Positions 18,452 to 28,086 of a stretch of 42,482 nt of DNA are shown here, piece by piece. Every line of letters starts with the position of its first letter. Position 1 is the stretch's first letter. Under the pieces are notes generated by a model that ran no database searches, was not told where the DNA came from, and saw only the letters and a program-made list of their open reading frames with translations. The stretch covers positions 1 through 42,482 of the forward strand of contig DATFMS010000209.1 in assembly GCA_035266805.1 (NCBI GenBank), given 5' to 3'. This DNA comes from Burkholderiales bacterium. GTDB lineage: Bacteria > Pseudomonadota > Gammaproteobacteria > Burkholderiales > SG8-39. A program made the translations under genes and the position numbers.

Positions 18452-19318
18452 ATGGCGCAGACCGCAACCACCAACCCACGGCAGCATTATTACGTGCCGC
18501 AGCCGATGCCCTGGCCGATCATGGGCTCGATCGCCCTGTTCTGCATGGCGACCGGCGCGGTGTTCGTTTTCAACTCGTACCGTGGCGGCTGGATCTCGAT
18601 CGCGGTCGGCTTCATGATTCTGCTCTACATGCTGTTCCGCTGGTTCGGCGCCGTGATCGGCGAATCCGAGGCCGGCAAGTACGGCAAGTGGGAGGACGTG
18701 TCGTTCCGCTGGGGGATGAGCTGGTTCATCTTCTCTGAGGTCATGTTCTTCGCCGGGTTCTTCGGCGCGCTGTTCTACACCCGCGTGCTGTCGGTGCCAG
18801 ACCTCGCGAGTCTGGAGAGCCAGGCGCTGCTGTGGCCGAATTTCACCAGCCACTGGCCGTCTGCCGGACCGGCGTTCGCCGGGGAATTCTCGCCGATGGC
18901 GGCGTGGGGGCTGCCCGCGGTCAACACGCTGCTGCTGCTTTCCTCGGGCGTGACGGTGACCATTGCGCATTGGGCGCTGAAGGAAAACAAGCGCGGGATG
19001 CTAAGCCTGTTCCTGTTCTTCACCGTGGCGCTCGGCGTGCTGTTCCTTGCGTTCCAGGCTACCGAGTACGGCCACGCCTACTCAGAGCTGAACCTCAAGC
19101 TCTCGACCGGCGTCTACGGATCGACTTTCTTCATGCTGACCGGATTCCACGGCTTCCACGTCACGCTGGGCGCGATCATGCTGAGCGTGATCCTGGTGCG
19201 CTGCCTGCTCGGCCACTTCAAACCCGACCACCATTTCGCGTTCGAAGCGGTTGCCTGGTACTGGCACTTCGTCGACGTCGTCTGGCTGGGGCTGTTTATC
19301 TTCGTTTATTGGCTCTAG
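18452..19318 (+). CDS. coxC: Cytochrome c oxidase subunit III
   Basis: 288 aa, seven-TM pattern. FIFSEVMFFAGFF, TGFHGFHVTLGAIML, and AWYWHFVDVVWLGLF. Confidence 0.95.
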   Translation: MAQTATTNPRQHYYVPQPMPWPIMGSIALFCMATGAVFVFNSYRGGWISIAVGFMILLYMLFRWFGAVIGESEAGKYGKWEDVSFRWGMSWFIFSEVMFFAGFFGALFYTRVLSVPDLASLESQALLWPNFTSHWPSAGPAFAGEFSPMAAWGLPAVNTLLLLSSGVTVTIAHWALKENKRGMLSLFLFFTVALGVLFLAFQATEYGHAYSELNLKLSTGVYGSTFFMLTGFHGFHVTLGAIMLSVILVRCLLGHFKPDHHFAFEAVAWYWHFVDVVWLGLFIFVYWL

Positions 19319-19381
19319 GCCACACGATCGGAACAACCAGGAGGAGAGCGCCCACGTAGCGCCTCGGAGGAGAAGCTCGAT

Positions 19382-19411
19382 ACGCCGCACACGGTGCGGC
19401 GTCTTTTTTTT
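19382..19411 (+). terminator. Rho-independent terminator after coxC
   Basis: ACGCCGCAC-acg-GTGCGGCGT 9-bp stem (19382-19402) followed by CTTTTTTTT. Confidence 0.85.
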
Positions 19412-19422
19412 CGCCTGACTCT

Positions 19423-19620
19423 TCAGGTCAGGCGGCCAGGGATGAAACCGAAATAGAATCCGGCCATCAGGAACAGGAACAGCAGGATCGACAGTCCGAC
19501 CCGGATCGCGAGCGCCTTGATGGCGCGGTTCGACCCGCTCTGGTCGTGGAACACGAAAAACAGCGCCGAGCCGAGACTGGCGACGATCAGGACGAGCGCG
19601 GCGATCACGACGTAGCGCAT
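19423..19620 (-). CDS. Twin-transmembrane-helix small protein (DUF2909 / HIG1-like)
   Basis: 65 aa with two TM helices (YVVIAALVLIVASLGSALFFVF and GLSILLFLFLMAGFYFGF). Opposite-strand position between coxC and SURF1 is, as I recall, typical of beta-proteobacterial cox clusters. Confidence 0.7.
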   Translation of the reverse strand: MRYVVIAALVLIVASLGSALFFVFHDQSGSNRAIKALAIRVGLSILLFLFLMAGFYFGFIPGRLT

Positions 19621-19671
19621 GGAGGAGGGGAGTTTAAAGGATACGGGCCCCGGCTTCTACGCGTACCAATC

Positions 19672-20391
19672 ATGCTCAGCTCAAAAGCATTCCGTCCGAC
19701 CTGGTGGGGCGCTGCGCTCACCGTGGTCGGCTGCGCGGCGTTCATCGCGCTCGGCAACTGGCAGTCGCAGCGCGCGCTCGAGAAGCGCGCGCTCGCGGCG
19801 CGGCTCGACGCGGCGCTGCAAGGCCCGCCGCTCGAGTTGCCCGCGCACCGGGTCGCGGCGGCGGACTTCGCTCTTCGGCGCGTGAGCGCGCAGGGCGAGT
19901 TCGTGCCCGCGCACACCGTCTTTCTGGACAACAAGATCCACCAGGGCCGCGTCGGCTACGAAGTGGTGACGCCGCTGCGGCTTGCTGGAGGATCGCTGCA
20001 TGTGTTGGTCGACCGTGGCTGGGTGCCGGCTGGCCCGCGACGGGAGGAGCTTCCGCAGGTTCCCACGCCGGGTGGTGTGCAGCGCATCGAAGGCCTCGCC
20101 CTGAAGCATTTGCCGCGCGCGCTCGAGCCGGTGCCCCGTACGCCCCAGGGGCGCGTGTGGCAGAACCTGCGGTTGGAGGATTTCAGCCGGGTGAGTGGCC
20201 TCGCGCTGCAGCCGCTGATGATCGAGCAGCGCTCGGCGGCGGCCGACGGCTTGGTGAGGGACTGGCCGCGCCCGGATAGCGGCGCCGCTCGCAATGAAAG
20301 CTATGCGCTGCAGTGGTACCTGTTCGCGGCCCTTGCCGTGCTGCTGTTCGTGATCCATTCGTTTCGCGAGGGGCGCCGCCGTGGCTCCTGA
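19672..20391 (+). CDS. SURF1 family cytochrome oxidase biogenesis protein
   Basis: In ORF 19546..20391, ATG at 19672. N- and C-terminal TM helices. LGNWQSQRALEK, GYEVVTPL, VLVDRGWVP, and NESYALQWYLFA are SURF1 motifs. Confidence 0.85.
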   Translation: MLSSKAFRPTWWGAALTVVGCAAFIALGNWQSQRALEKRALAARLDAALQGPPLELPAHRVAAADFALRRVSAQGEFVPAHTVFLDNKIHQGRVGYEVVTPLRLAGGSLHVLVDRGWVPAGPRREELPQVPTPGGVQRIEGLALKHLPRALEPVPRTPQGRVWQNLRLEDFSRVSGLALQPLMIEQRSAAADGLVRDWPRPDSGAARNESYALQWYLFAALAVLLFVIHSFREGRRRGS

Positions 20392-20959
20392 ATCCGCCAA
20401 GAGTGCCCGCCTCAAGCTGCTGCTGATAGGGCTGTTCTTCGCCTTGCCGCTTCTTCTCGCCTGGGCCGCGTACTGGTTCCACTGGACACCGGGCCGGAGC
20501 GGCAACTACGGCGAGCTGCTGCCGCCGCGGCAGGTGCCCGGCGGCGGGCTCGTGGGGCTGGACGGCAAGCCGTTCTCGCTTGCGAGCCTGCGCGGCAAGT
20601 GGGTAATGCTCCAGTTCGACGCCGGGACCTGCGACTCCTATTGCGAGCGCAAGCTGTACTTCATGCGCCAGCTGCGCGTGGCTCAGGGCAAGGATATGGA
20701 TCGCGTCGAGCGCGTCTGGGTGCTGACCGACGGTGGCGTGCCCCGGCCCGCCCTGAAGGCCGCGATCGAGGGCACCCATGTCGTACGCGCCAGCAGCGGG
20801 TCGCTCCCCGCGAGCTTCCCGCGCGGCCGGCGCGCCGCAGACCACATCTACCTGATCGATCCACTCGGCAATTTGATGATGCGATTCCCGCGCGACCCCG
20901 ACCCCTCGAAGATGCTCAAAGACCTGCAGCGCCTGCTCAAGTATTCGCAGATCGGATGA
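20381..20959 (+). CDS. Membrane-anchored thioredoxin-fold, Sco-like protein (CxxxC + His retained)
   Basis: GTG start at 20381. TM anchor LKLLLIGLFFALPLLLAWAAYWF. GKWVMLQFDAGTCDSYCERKL parallels Sco [35 protein letters not shown] parallels Sco [18 protein letters not shown]. Confidence 0.6.
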   Translation: MAPESAKSARLKLLLIGLFFALPLLLAWAAYWFHWTPGRSGNYGELLPPRQVPGGGLVGLDGKPFSLASLRGKWVMLQFDAGTCDSYCERKLYFMRQLRVAQGKDMDRVERVWVLTDGGVPRPALKAAIEGTHVVRASSGSLPASFPRGRRAADHIYLIDPLGNLMMRFPRDPDPSKMLKDLQRLLKYSQIG

Positions 20960-21960
20960 AGGTCTACCGCACGCTGATCGCGGCCGCAGCGCTGCTCGCC
21001 TTCGTCGTCGTGGTGGTGGGCGCATTCGTGCGCCTCTCCGACGCCGGGCTCGGCTGCCCTGACTGGCCCGGCTGCTACGGCAAGGCGGCGCCGGCGCTGG
21101 CGAAAGACGCGATCGCGCGCGCCGTCGCCCGGCAGGGCGGGGAGCACGGGCCGGTTTCGCTCGGCAAGGCGTGGAGGGAAATGGGGCACCGCTACCTGGC
21201 CGGTACGCTCGGGCTGCTGATCGTGGCAATCGCGTTGCTCGGCTGGCTGTGGCGGCGCTCGCTCGCGCAGTCGGCCTGGCTGCCCACCGCGATCGTGTTT
21301 GTGGTCGCCCTGCAGGCCGCGCTCGGGATGTGGACGGTGACCCTGCTGCTCAGGCCCGCTGTCGTGACCGCGCATTTGGCCGGCGGGATGACGACTTTCG
21401 CCCTCCTGCTATGGCTCGCGCTTCGCCAGCGGCGTTTCGACGCTGCGCTGGAGGCGCGCAGTTTGCGCGCCCCCGCGGCTGTCGGCCTGTGCATCGTCGC
21501 GATACAGATTCTGCTCGGAGGGTGGGTGAGCGCAAACTACGCTGCGCTCGCCTGTCCCGACTTGCCGTTATGCCTGGGTCAGATCGTGCCGCCGATGGAC
21601 TTCTCGAACGCCTTTCATCTGTTTCGGGAGCTCGGCCAAACCGAGGGCGGTGCGATGCTGCCTTTCGAGGCACTCACGGCCATCCACTGGATCCACCGAG
21701 TGTTTGCGCTGGTGGTCGTGCTGGTAGTCGGCTGGACGGCGTGGCGCACGCTGCGGGTGCGCGCGCTGCAACCGCTTGGCTGGCTCCTTGCCGGCCTGCT
21801 TGCGCTCCAATTCTCGCTCGGCGTGGGGAACGTCCTGGCCGGATTGCCGCTCGCCGTCGCGGACGCGCACAATGCGGGCGCCGCGCTCCTCCTGGGCTCG
21901 CTCGTCGTGTTAAACTTCTTTGCTTTCCACGGCTTGCGCCCTCGGCGGTCGAAAGCATGA
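20956..21960 (+). CDS. ctaA: Heme A synthase (COX15/CtaA)
   Basis: In ORF 20599..21960, ATG at 20956 (ATGA overlap with the upstream stop). [19 protein letters not shown], conserved His (HRYLAG, AHLAGG, HWIHR, AHNAGA), eight-TM pattern. Confidence 0.88.
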   Translation: MKVYRTLIAAAALLAFVVVVVGAFVRLSDAGLGCPDWPGCYGKAAPALAKDAIARAVARQGGEHGPVSLGKAWREMGHRYLAGTLGLLIVAIALLGWLWRRSLAQSAWLPTAIVFVVALQAALGMWTVTLLLRPAVVTAHLAGGMTTFALLLWLALRQRRFDAALEARSLRAPAAVGLCIVAIQILLGGWVSANYAALACPDLPLCLGQIVPPMDFSNAFHLFRELGQTEGGAMLPFEALTAIHWIHRVFALVVVLVVGWTAWRTLRVRALQPLGWLLAGLLALQFSLGVGNVLAGLPLAVADAHNAGAALLLGSLVVLNFFAFHGLRPRRSKA

Positions 21961-22862
21961 ACACTCAGGTTCTTTCCAGCGGCTACGCTAGGACGTTCGC
22001 GCAGCGCGCGCGTGCCTTCTACGCCCTGACCAAGCCGCGCGTCGTGTCGCTTATCGTGTTCACCGCGATGATCGGTATGCTGCTCGCCGCCCCCGGGGCC
22101 GTTGCGGCGCAGATCCTGCTCGCCGGGACCCTCGGCATTGCGCTGGTGGCGGGCGCGGCAGCGGCGGTCAACTGCCTGGTAGAGCAGCGCATTGACGCGG
22201 TCATGCAGCGCACCCGCTGGCGGCCGCTTCCGCGCGGAGAACTGACGGCGCTGCAAACGCTGGTATTCGCCGGCGTGGTCGGCGGCCTCGGGCTGTGGAT
22301 TCTCGCCAATTTCGTCAATACCCTGACCATGTGGCTGACGCTGGCGACGTTCGTCGGCTACGCGATCGTTTATACGGTAATCCTCAAGCCGGCCACGCCG
22401 CAGAATATCGTGATCGGCGGCGCTTCGGGCGCGATGCCGCCGGTGCTCGGCTGGGCCGCGGTTACGGGCCAAGTCAACACCGAAGCGATGCTGCTGTTCC
22501 TCATTATCTTCGCCTGGACGCCGCCGCACTTCTGGGCCCTGGCGCTGTACCGCACCGCCGATTACGCCAAGGCGGGCCTGCCGATGCTGCCGGTGACGCA
22601 CGGCAAGGCGTACACCCAGCTGCAAGTTCTGCTCTACACGATCATCCTGTTCGCCGTAAGCCTGCTGCCGTACGCGATACGCATGAGCGGGGTGCTGTAC
22701 CTGCTGGCCGCTTGCGCCCTCGGCGCCGTGTTTCTCGGCTATGCGGTCCGTGTCTACGTGGCGTACAGCGACCGCGTCGCGCGCGCGATGTTCCGCTATT
22801 CGATTATCTATCTCGCCGCACTTTTCGGTGCGCTGCTCGTTGACCACTATCTGGCGTACTAG
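21957..22862 (+). CDS. ctaB: Protoheme IX farnesyltransferase (heme O synthase)
   Basis: In ORF 21171..22862, ATG at 21957 (ATGA overlap with the ctaA stop). [37 protein letters not shown], and [11 protein letters not shown]. Confidence 0.93.
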   Translation: MNTQVLSSGYARTFAQRARAFYALTKPRVVSLIVFTAMIGMLLAAPGAVAAQILLAGTLGIALVAGAAAAVNCLVEQRIDAVMQRTRWRPLPRGELTALQTLVFAGVVGGLGLWILANFVNTLTMWLTLATFVGYAIVYTVILKPATPQNIVIGGASGAMPPVLGWAAVTGQVNTEAMLLFLIIFAWTPPHFWALALYRTADYAKAGLPMLPVTHGKAYTQLQVLLYTIILFAVSLLPYAIRMSGVLYLLAACALGAVFLGYAVRVYVAYSDRVARAMFRYSIIYLAALFGALLVDHYLAY

Positions 22863-23433
22863 CGTCGCCGCACTGCTGCTGGCGGCCCTGCTCGCGGGCT
22901 GCGATGGCGGCGGACCGAAATTCAAGAATACCGATATCACCGGCGCCGGCTACGGCAGCGAGCTCTCGCTCACCGGCCACGACGGCAAGCCCCGGACGCT
23001 GGCCGATTTCCGCGGCAAGGTCGTGGTGCTTTTCTTCGGCTATACACATTGCCCGGACGTCTGTCCGACCACGCTTGCGGAACTGTCGCAGGTGATGAAA
23101 GCACTCGGATCCGATGCCGACCGCGTGCAGGTGCTGTTCGTCACGGTCGATCCGGAACGCGACACGCCCGCCATCCTCTCCAAGTACGTGACCGCGTTTG
23201 ATCCGCGTTTCCTCGGGCTGTACGGCGACGCAGAGGCGACGCGACGCGCGGCCAGGGAATTCAAGGTGTTCTACGAGAAGCGGGAGGGGTCCTCGCCCGG
23301 CGAGTACTCCATGGACCACAGCGCCGGCACCTACGTGATCGACCCCAAGGGGCGACTCAGGCTCTTCGTCGGCTACGGCAAGGCAGGTGCGGACCTCGCG
23401 CAGGATATCCGCACACTGCTGAGCGAGAAGTAG
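22840..23433 (+). CDS. SCO1/SenC family copper chaperone lipoprotein
   Basis: In ORF 22741..23433. Start placed at TTG 22840, giving [21 protein letters not shown] (lipobox LAGC). [10 protein letters not shown] CxxxC and [12 protein letters not shown] His ligand. The longer ATG form would overlap ctaB by 122 nt. Confidence 0.86.
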   Translation: MTTIWRTSVAALLLAALLAGCDGGGPKFKNTDITGAGYGSELSLTGHDGKPRTLADFRGKVVVLFFGYTHCPDVCPTTLAELSQVMKALGSDADRVQVLFVTVDPERDTPAILSKYVTAFDPRFLGLYGDAEATRRAAREFKVFYEKREGSSPGEYSMDHSAGTYVIDPKGRLRLFVGYGKAGADLAQDIRTLLSEK

Positions 23434-23436
23434 TCC

Positions 23437-24339
23437 TTACGCGGCCGCCGCCGGAAGAGACATCGGCGCGCCCTGCTGTTCCATCACCTTGCGCATCTTC
23501 TCCAGCGCCTTCGCCTCGATCTGGCGGATACGCTCGGCCGAAACATGGAACTCGTCGGCCAAGTCGTGCAGCGTGGCCGAGTCCTTCTCGCGCAGCCAGC
23601 GCGTCTCGATAATGCGCCGACTGCGAGCATCGAGCGCGGTGAGGGCACTTTGCAGCCCTGCGGCGGAAGTGCGCGCGTTTTCCTCCGCCTCCAGCAGCTG
23701 CGAGGGTTCGCGGCTGGCGTCGGACGCCAGATAGCTCGCCGGCGCATAGCCGTCGTCGTCGGCCCCATCGGCCTCGAACGCGATGTCCTGTCCCGCGAGG
23801 CGGGACTCCATTTCTGTCACTTCCTCCGGCTTGACCCGCAGCTCGGTCGCGACGCGCTTGATGTCGTCGCTTGAAAGTGGCGCAAGCCCTTGCTTCATCG
23901 AGCGCAGGTTGAAAAACAGCTTTCGCTGCGCCTTTGTAGTGGCGACCTTGACCAGCCGCCAGTTGCGCAGGACGTACTCGTGGATCTCCGCCTTGATCCA
24001 GTGAATCGCGAACGACACCAAGCGCACCCCGCGCGAGGGGTCGAAGCGCTTGACTGCCTTCATCAGGCCGATGTTGCCTTCCTGGATCAGGTCGGCGTGA
24101 GGCAGGCCGTAGCCCAAGTAGCCGCGCGCCACCGCGACCACCAGTCGAAGGTGCGACAGCACCAAACCCCGCGCGGCCTCCAGATCCTCCGATTCGCGGT
24201 AGCGCCGCGCAAGCGCCTGCTCTTCTGCCCCGCTCAAGATCGGAAAACGGTTAACTGTCTGGATGTAGCCTTCCAGGCTCCCCGTCGCCAAGGGAACGGG
24301 AACGGAGACCGGAACCGGCATGGTCATCGTCGCTTGCAT
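23437..24339 (-). CDS. rpoH: RNA polymerase sigma-32 factor RpoH
   Basis: ORF 23437..24372 with the start at M12 (ATG 24337-24339, GGAGG 7 nt upstream). LIQEGNIGLMKAVKRFDP, and the RpoH box VATTKAQRKLFFNLRSMK. ftsYEX-rpoH order as in E. coli. Confidence 0.95.
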   Translation of the reverse strand: MQATMTMPVPVSVPVPLATGSLEGYIQTVNRFPILSGAEEQALARRYRESEDLEAARGLVLSHLRLVVAVARGYLGYGLPHADLIQEGNIGLMKAVKRFDPSRGVRLVSFAIHWIKAEIHEYVLRNWRLVKVATTKAQRKLFFNLRSMKQGLAPLSSDDIKRVATELRVKPEEVTEMESRLAGQDIAFEADGADDDGYAPASYLASDASREPSQLLEAEENARTSAAGLQSALTALDARSRRIIETRWLREKDSATLHDLADEFHVSAERIRQIEAKALEKMRKVMEQQGAPMSLPAAAA

Positions 24340-24365
24340 AGGCCTACCTCCTATCTTGTGCAATT

Positions 24366-24392
24366 TTAGCACTCGCTATATTGGAGTGCTAA
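24366..24392 (-). promoter_or_regulatory. CIRCE element (HrcA operator), perfect consensus
   Basis: TTAGCACTC (24366-24374), 9 nt, GAGTGCTAA (24384-24392). Identical to the CIRCE consensus TTAGCACTC-N9-GAGTGCTAA. Lies 26 nt upstream of the rpoH ATG. Confidence 0.85.
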
Positions 24393-24408
24393 AGGATGTA
24401 GGAGTTCC
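24381..24408 (-). promoter_or_regulatory. Possible RpoE/ECF-type promoter for rpoH overlapping CIRCE
   Basis: On the minus strand: GGAACTC (24408-24402), 16 nt, TCCAA (24385-24381), compared with the sigma-E consensus GGAACTT-N16-TCAAA. E. coli rpoH P3 is sigma-E dependent. Confidence 0.4.
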
Positions 24409-24431
24409 CCTGCAATAGGACGCAAAAGCCT

Positions 24432-25340
24432 TTATTTAGGCTGAATTTCAAGTAAGTATCTGCTCACTGACAGTGACGCGCCGAGCCATCCCAGAGCCCC
24501 GGCGAAGAGCAGGACGGCGCTGGAGTCGCCTCGTGCGAGGAAGTCGAACCTGAAGCTCGAGCCGTAGGTCTGGGCGAGCGTTCGCACCTCGCCGTTGAGC
24601 AGATAAAGACCGAGCCACACGATGCCGAGGGCCAGCGCCCCGCCCGCCAGCCCCTGCAGCAGTCCGAGGTACAAGAAGGGCCGCCGGATAAAAGCGTCGG
24701 TCGCGCCGATAAGCTTGGACACCTCGATCTCGTCCCGCTGGGTGAGAATCTGGAGCCGGATCGTGTTGAAGGTCACGGCAACCAGCCCGAACGCGAGCAA
24801 AGCCGCGAGCAACAGCACCGCCAAGCGCCCGAGCCGCGCGAGCGAGGCCAGCCGGCGCGCCCAGACGGCGTCGGCCTGTACGTGCGCGACTGACGGCGCG
24901 CGGCGCAATTCCGCGGCGAGCGCAGCCAGTGTCACGGGACTGGAGTCGCGCGCCAGTACGACGAACGCGTCGGGCAGAGGGTTGTGGTCGAGGGCGTCGA
25001 CAACGTCAGCCAATCCCTCGGTCGCTTTTAGCTCCTTCAGCGCCTCGTCACGGGGGACGAAGCGCACGCGGCCGATGCGCGCGTCCGCTTTCAGGCGCGC
25101 AGCGAGCGCGTGGGCATCGTCCTTGGTCGAGCCGGGCTTCAGGTACACCGATATCTGGGGCTCGAGCGCCACGCCGCTGGCCAGCGAACTCAGTCCCTCC
25201 AGCAGGGCATAGCCGCCGGCAGGGAGCGAGAGGGCGACCCCGATCACGAGCGCGCTGACTACGCCGCTGGCCTTCTGCGCCGCGAGCTTGCCGATCGCCG
25301 CAATCAGAGCCCGGCGATGCTGCCGCAGCCAGGACCTCAC
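24432..25340 (-). CDS. ftsX: Cell division ABC transporter permease-like protein FtsX
   Basis: 302 aa, GTG start overlapping the ftsE stop (GTGA). Four TM helices with a large periplasmic loop. FtsX C-terminal pattern EIEVSKLIGATDAFIRRPFLY. Confidence 0.9.
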   Translation of the reverse strand: MRSWLRQHRRALIAAIGKLAAQKASGVVSALVIGVALSLPAGGYALLEGLSSLASGVALEPQISVYLKPGSTKDDAHALAARLKADARIGRVRFVPRDEALKELKATEGLADVVDALDHNPLPDAFVVLARDSSPVTLAALAAELRRAPSVAHVQADAVWARRLASLARLGRLAVLLLAALLAFGLVAVTFNTIRLQILTQRDEIEVSKLIGATDAFIRRPFLYLGLLQGLAGGALALGIVWLGLYLLNGEVRTLAQTYGSSFRFDFLARGDSSAVLLFAGALGWLGASLSVSRYLLEIQPK

Positions 25341-26002
25341 GGCGCCGAATCCTCCGCGACGTGGCCCGAGGCGAGCCGCAGCACGCGTCGCCCGTAGTGC
25401 GTCACGAGCGCCAGATCGTGCGTGGCAAGCAGCACCGTGACGCCGACCTGATTGAAGGCGACGAAAATCTCCAGTACGCGGCGCGCGGCCTCGGCGTCGA
25501 GGTTTGCGGTTGGCTCGTCCGCGATCAGAACTGCGGGGCGGTTCACCACCGCACGCGCAATCGCGAGCCGCTGCTGCTCGCCGCCGGAGAGCTGGATCGG
25601 GTTCGCCTTCTCGCGCCCGAACAGACCAACCTTGTCGAGCGCGGCACGCGCGCGCCGGGCTGCCTCCCGCGGCGCGAGGTTCGAGAAGGAAAGCGGCAGC
25701 ATCAGGTTCTCGTACACGCTGCGGTCGTAGAGCAGCTTCTGATCCTGGAATACCAGCCCCAGGTTGCGCCGCAGGAACGGGATCGCCGCGGGCCTGAGCG
25801 CGCTCACGTTCTGGCCGTTGACGATCACCGATCCGGTGCTCGGGCGCTCTATCGCCGGGATCAGCTTGAGCAGTGTCGACTTGCCCGCCCCCGAGTGCCC
25901 GGTGATGAATACGAGTTCGCCCGCGTCTATGCTGAGCGAGACGCCCTTCAACACGTCCTGGCCGCCCGGGTAGCGCTTGGAAACGGCGGAGAAGCTAATC
26001 AA
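25337..26002 (-). CDS. ftsE: Cell division ATP-binding protein FtsE
   Basis: In ORF 25337..26131. TTG start at 26002 ([14 protein letters not shown]...) with GAGG upstream, overlapping the ftsY stop by 8 nt. Walker [18 protein letters not shown] signature, Walker B VLIADEP. Confidence 0.92.
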   Translation of the reverse strand: MISFSAVSKRYPGGQDVLKGVSLSIDAGELVFITGHSGAGKSTLLKLIPAIERPSTGSVIVNGQNVSALRPAAIPFLRRNLGLVFQDQKLLYDRSVYENLMLPLSFSNLAPREAARRARAALDKVGLFGREKANPIQLSGGEQQRLAIARAVVNRPAVLIADEPTANLDAEAARRVLEIFVAFNQVGVTVLLATHDLALVTHYGRRVLRLASGHVAEDSAP

Positions 26003-27005
26003 CCAGGGCCTCGACGAAATCCCGTGCGACGAACGGGCGCAGGTCGTCCACGCCCTCGCCGACGCCGACGAAGTAGAGCGGTATCGCCCGCTGCTCGGGT
26101 GGTTTGGAGCGCAGCAGCGCGATCGCCGCAACCACGCCTCCTTTGGCGGTGCCGTCGAGCTTGGTCAGGATGAGGCCGCTAAGGTCGAGCGCCTCATCGA
26201 ACGCCCTGACTTGCGCAAGCGCGTTTTGCCCGGTGTTGGCGTCGAGCACCAGCACGATCTCGTGCGGTGCCCCGGGAAGCGCTTTGGCGAGCACGCGTTT
26301 CACCTTGCGAATTTCCTCCATCAGGTGCAGTTGCGTCGGCAGGCGGCCGGCGGTGTCGGCGAGCACGACGTCGATGCCGCGCGCACGCGCGGCGTTCACC
26401 GCGTCGAATACCACCGCCCCCGGGTCGCCGTTCTGCTGCGAGATTACGCTCACGCCGTTGCGCTCGCCCCAGGCCTCGAGCTGCTCGCGGGCCGCGGCGC
26501 GAAACGTGTCCCCGGCGGCGAGCAGCACGGTCTTGCCCTGGGACTGCAGCCACTTCGCCAATTTTCCGATCGACGTCGTCTTGCCGGAGCCGTTTACGCC
26601 CGCGATCATGATCACGAACGGTGACGCGCGCGACACCTCCAGGCGCTGCTCGAGCGGTGCGACAATCTCAAGCAAGGCGTCCTCAAGGGCGCTCTTCAGG
26701 GCCGCGCCGTCGGCGATGCGCTCCTTGCGAGCTCTCGCTCGCAGCCGCTCGATGAGCGCTTGCGAGGCCTCTACGCCGCAGTCGGCCGCAAGCAGCGCGG
26801 TCTCCAGTTCCTCGAACAGCGATTCGTCGACCGTGCGGCGGACGAGCAGCGCACCGAGCCCGCCGCCGAGGGCGTCGCGCGTGCGCGCCAACCCGGCCTT
26901 GAGGCGGGAGGTCCAGGAAACGGTTTCCTTCGAGGGTCTGTTACCCAGTCCAAACACGCGGATGGCGGCGCAAAAGCCGCTAAGATTGGCGCCCGATTCT
27001 ATCAA
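25995..27005 (-). CDS. ftsY: Signal recognition particle receptor FtsY (short N-terminal region)
   Basis: 336 aa. TTG start at 27005 preceded by GGAGG at 7 nt. NG domain motifs GVNGSGKTTSIGKLA, DTAGR, TKLDGTAKGG. Confidence 0.92.
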   Translation of the reverse strand: MIESGANLSGFCAAIRVFGLGNRPSKETVSWTSRLKAGLARTRDALGGGLGALLVRRTVDESLFEELETALLAADCGVEASQALIERLRARARKERIADGAALKSALEDALLEIVAPLEQRLEVSRASPFVIMIAGVNGSGKTTSIGKLAKWLQSQGKTVLLAAGDTFRAAAREQLEAWGERNGVSVISQQNGDPGAVVFDAVNAARARGIDVVLADTAGRLPTQLHLMEEIRKVKRVLAKALPGAPHEIVLVLDANTGQNALAQVRAFDEALDLSGLILTKLDGTAKGGVVAAIALLRSKPPEQRAIPLYFVGVGEGVDDLRPFVARDFVEALVD

Positions 27006-27025
27006 ACGGGAACCTCCGCTCTAGG

Positions 27026-28079
<1,054 letters not shown>

Positions 28080-28086
28080 AAGTGCG

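Noticed and set aside
19413-19433. Second hairpin GCCTGAC-N7-GTCAGGC next to the coxC terminator
   Set aside because: It overlaps the stop of the DUF2909 gene and has no T-run on either strand. It is probably incidental.
22741-22839. ATG start at 22741 for the Sco gene
   Set aside because: It would overlap ctaB by 122 nt and add a non-signal Arg/Ser-rich leader. TTG at 22840 yields a canonical lipoprotein signal.
26957-27005. Shorter FtsY starting at GTG 26957 (VFGLG...)
   Set aside because: There is no SD upstream of the GTG, whereas the TTG at 27005 has GGAGG at 7 nt. The choice remains uncertain.
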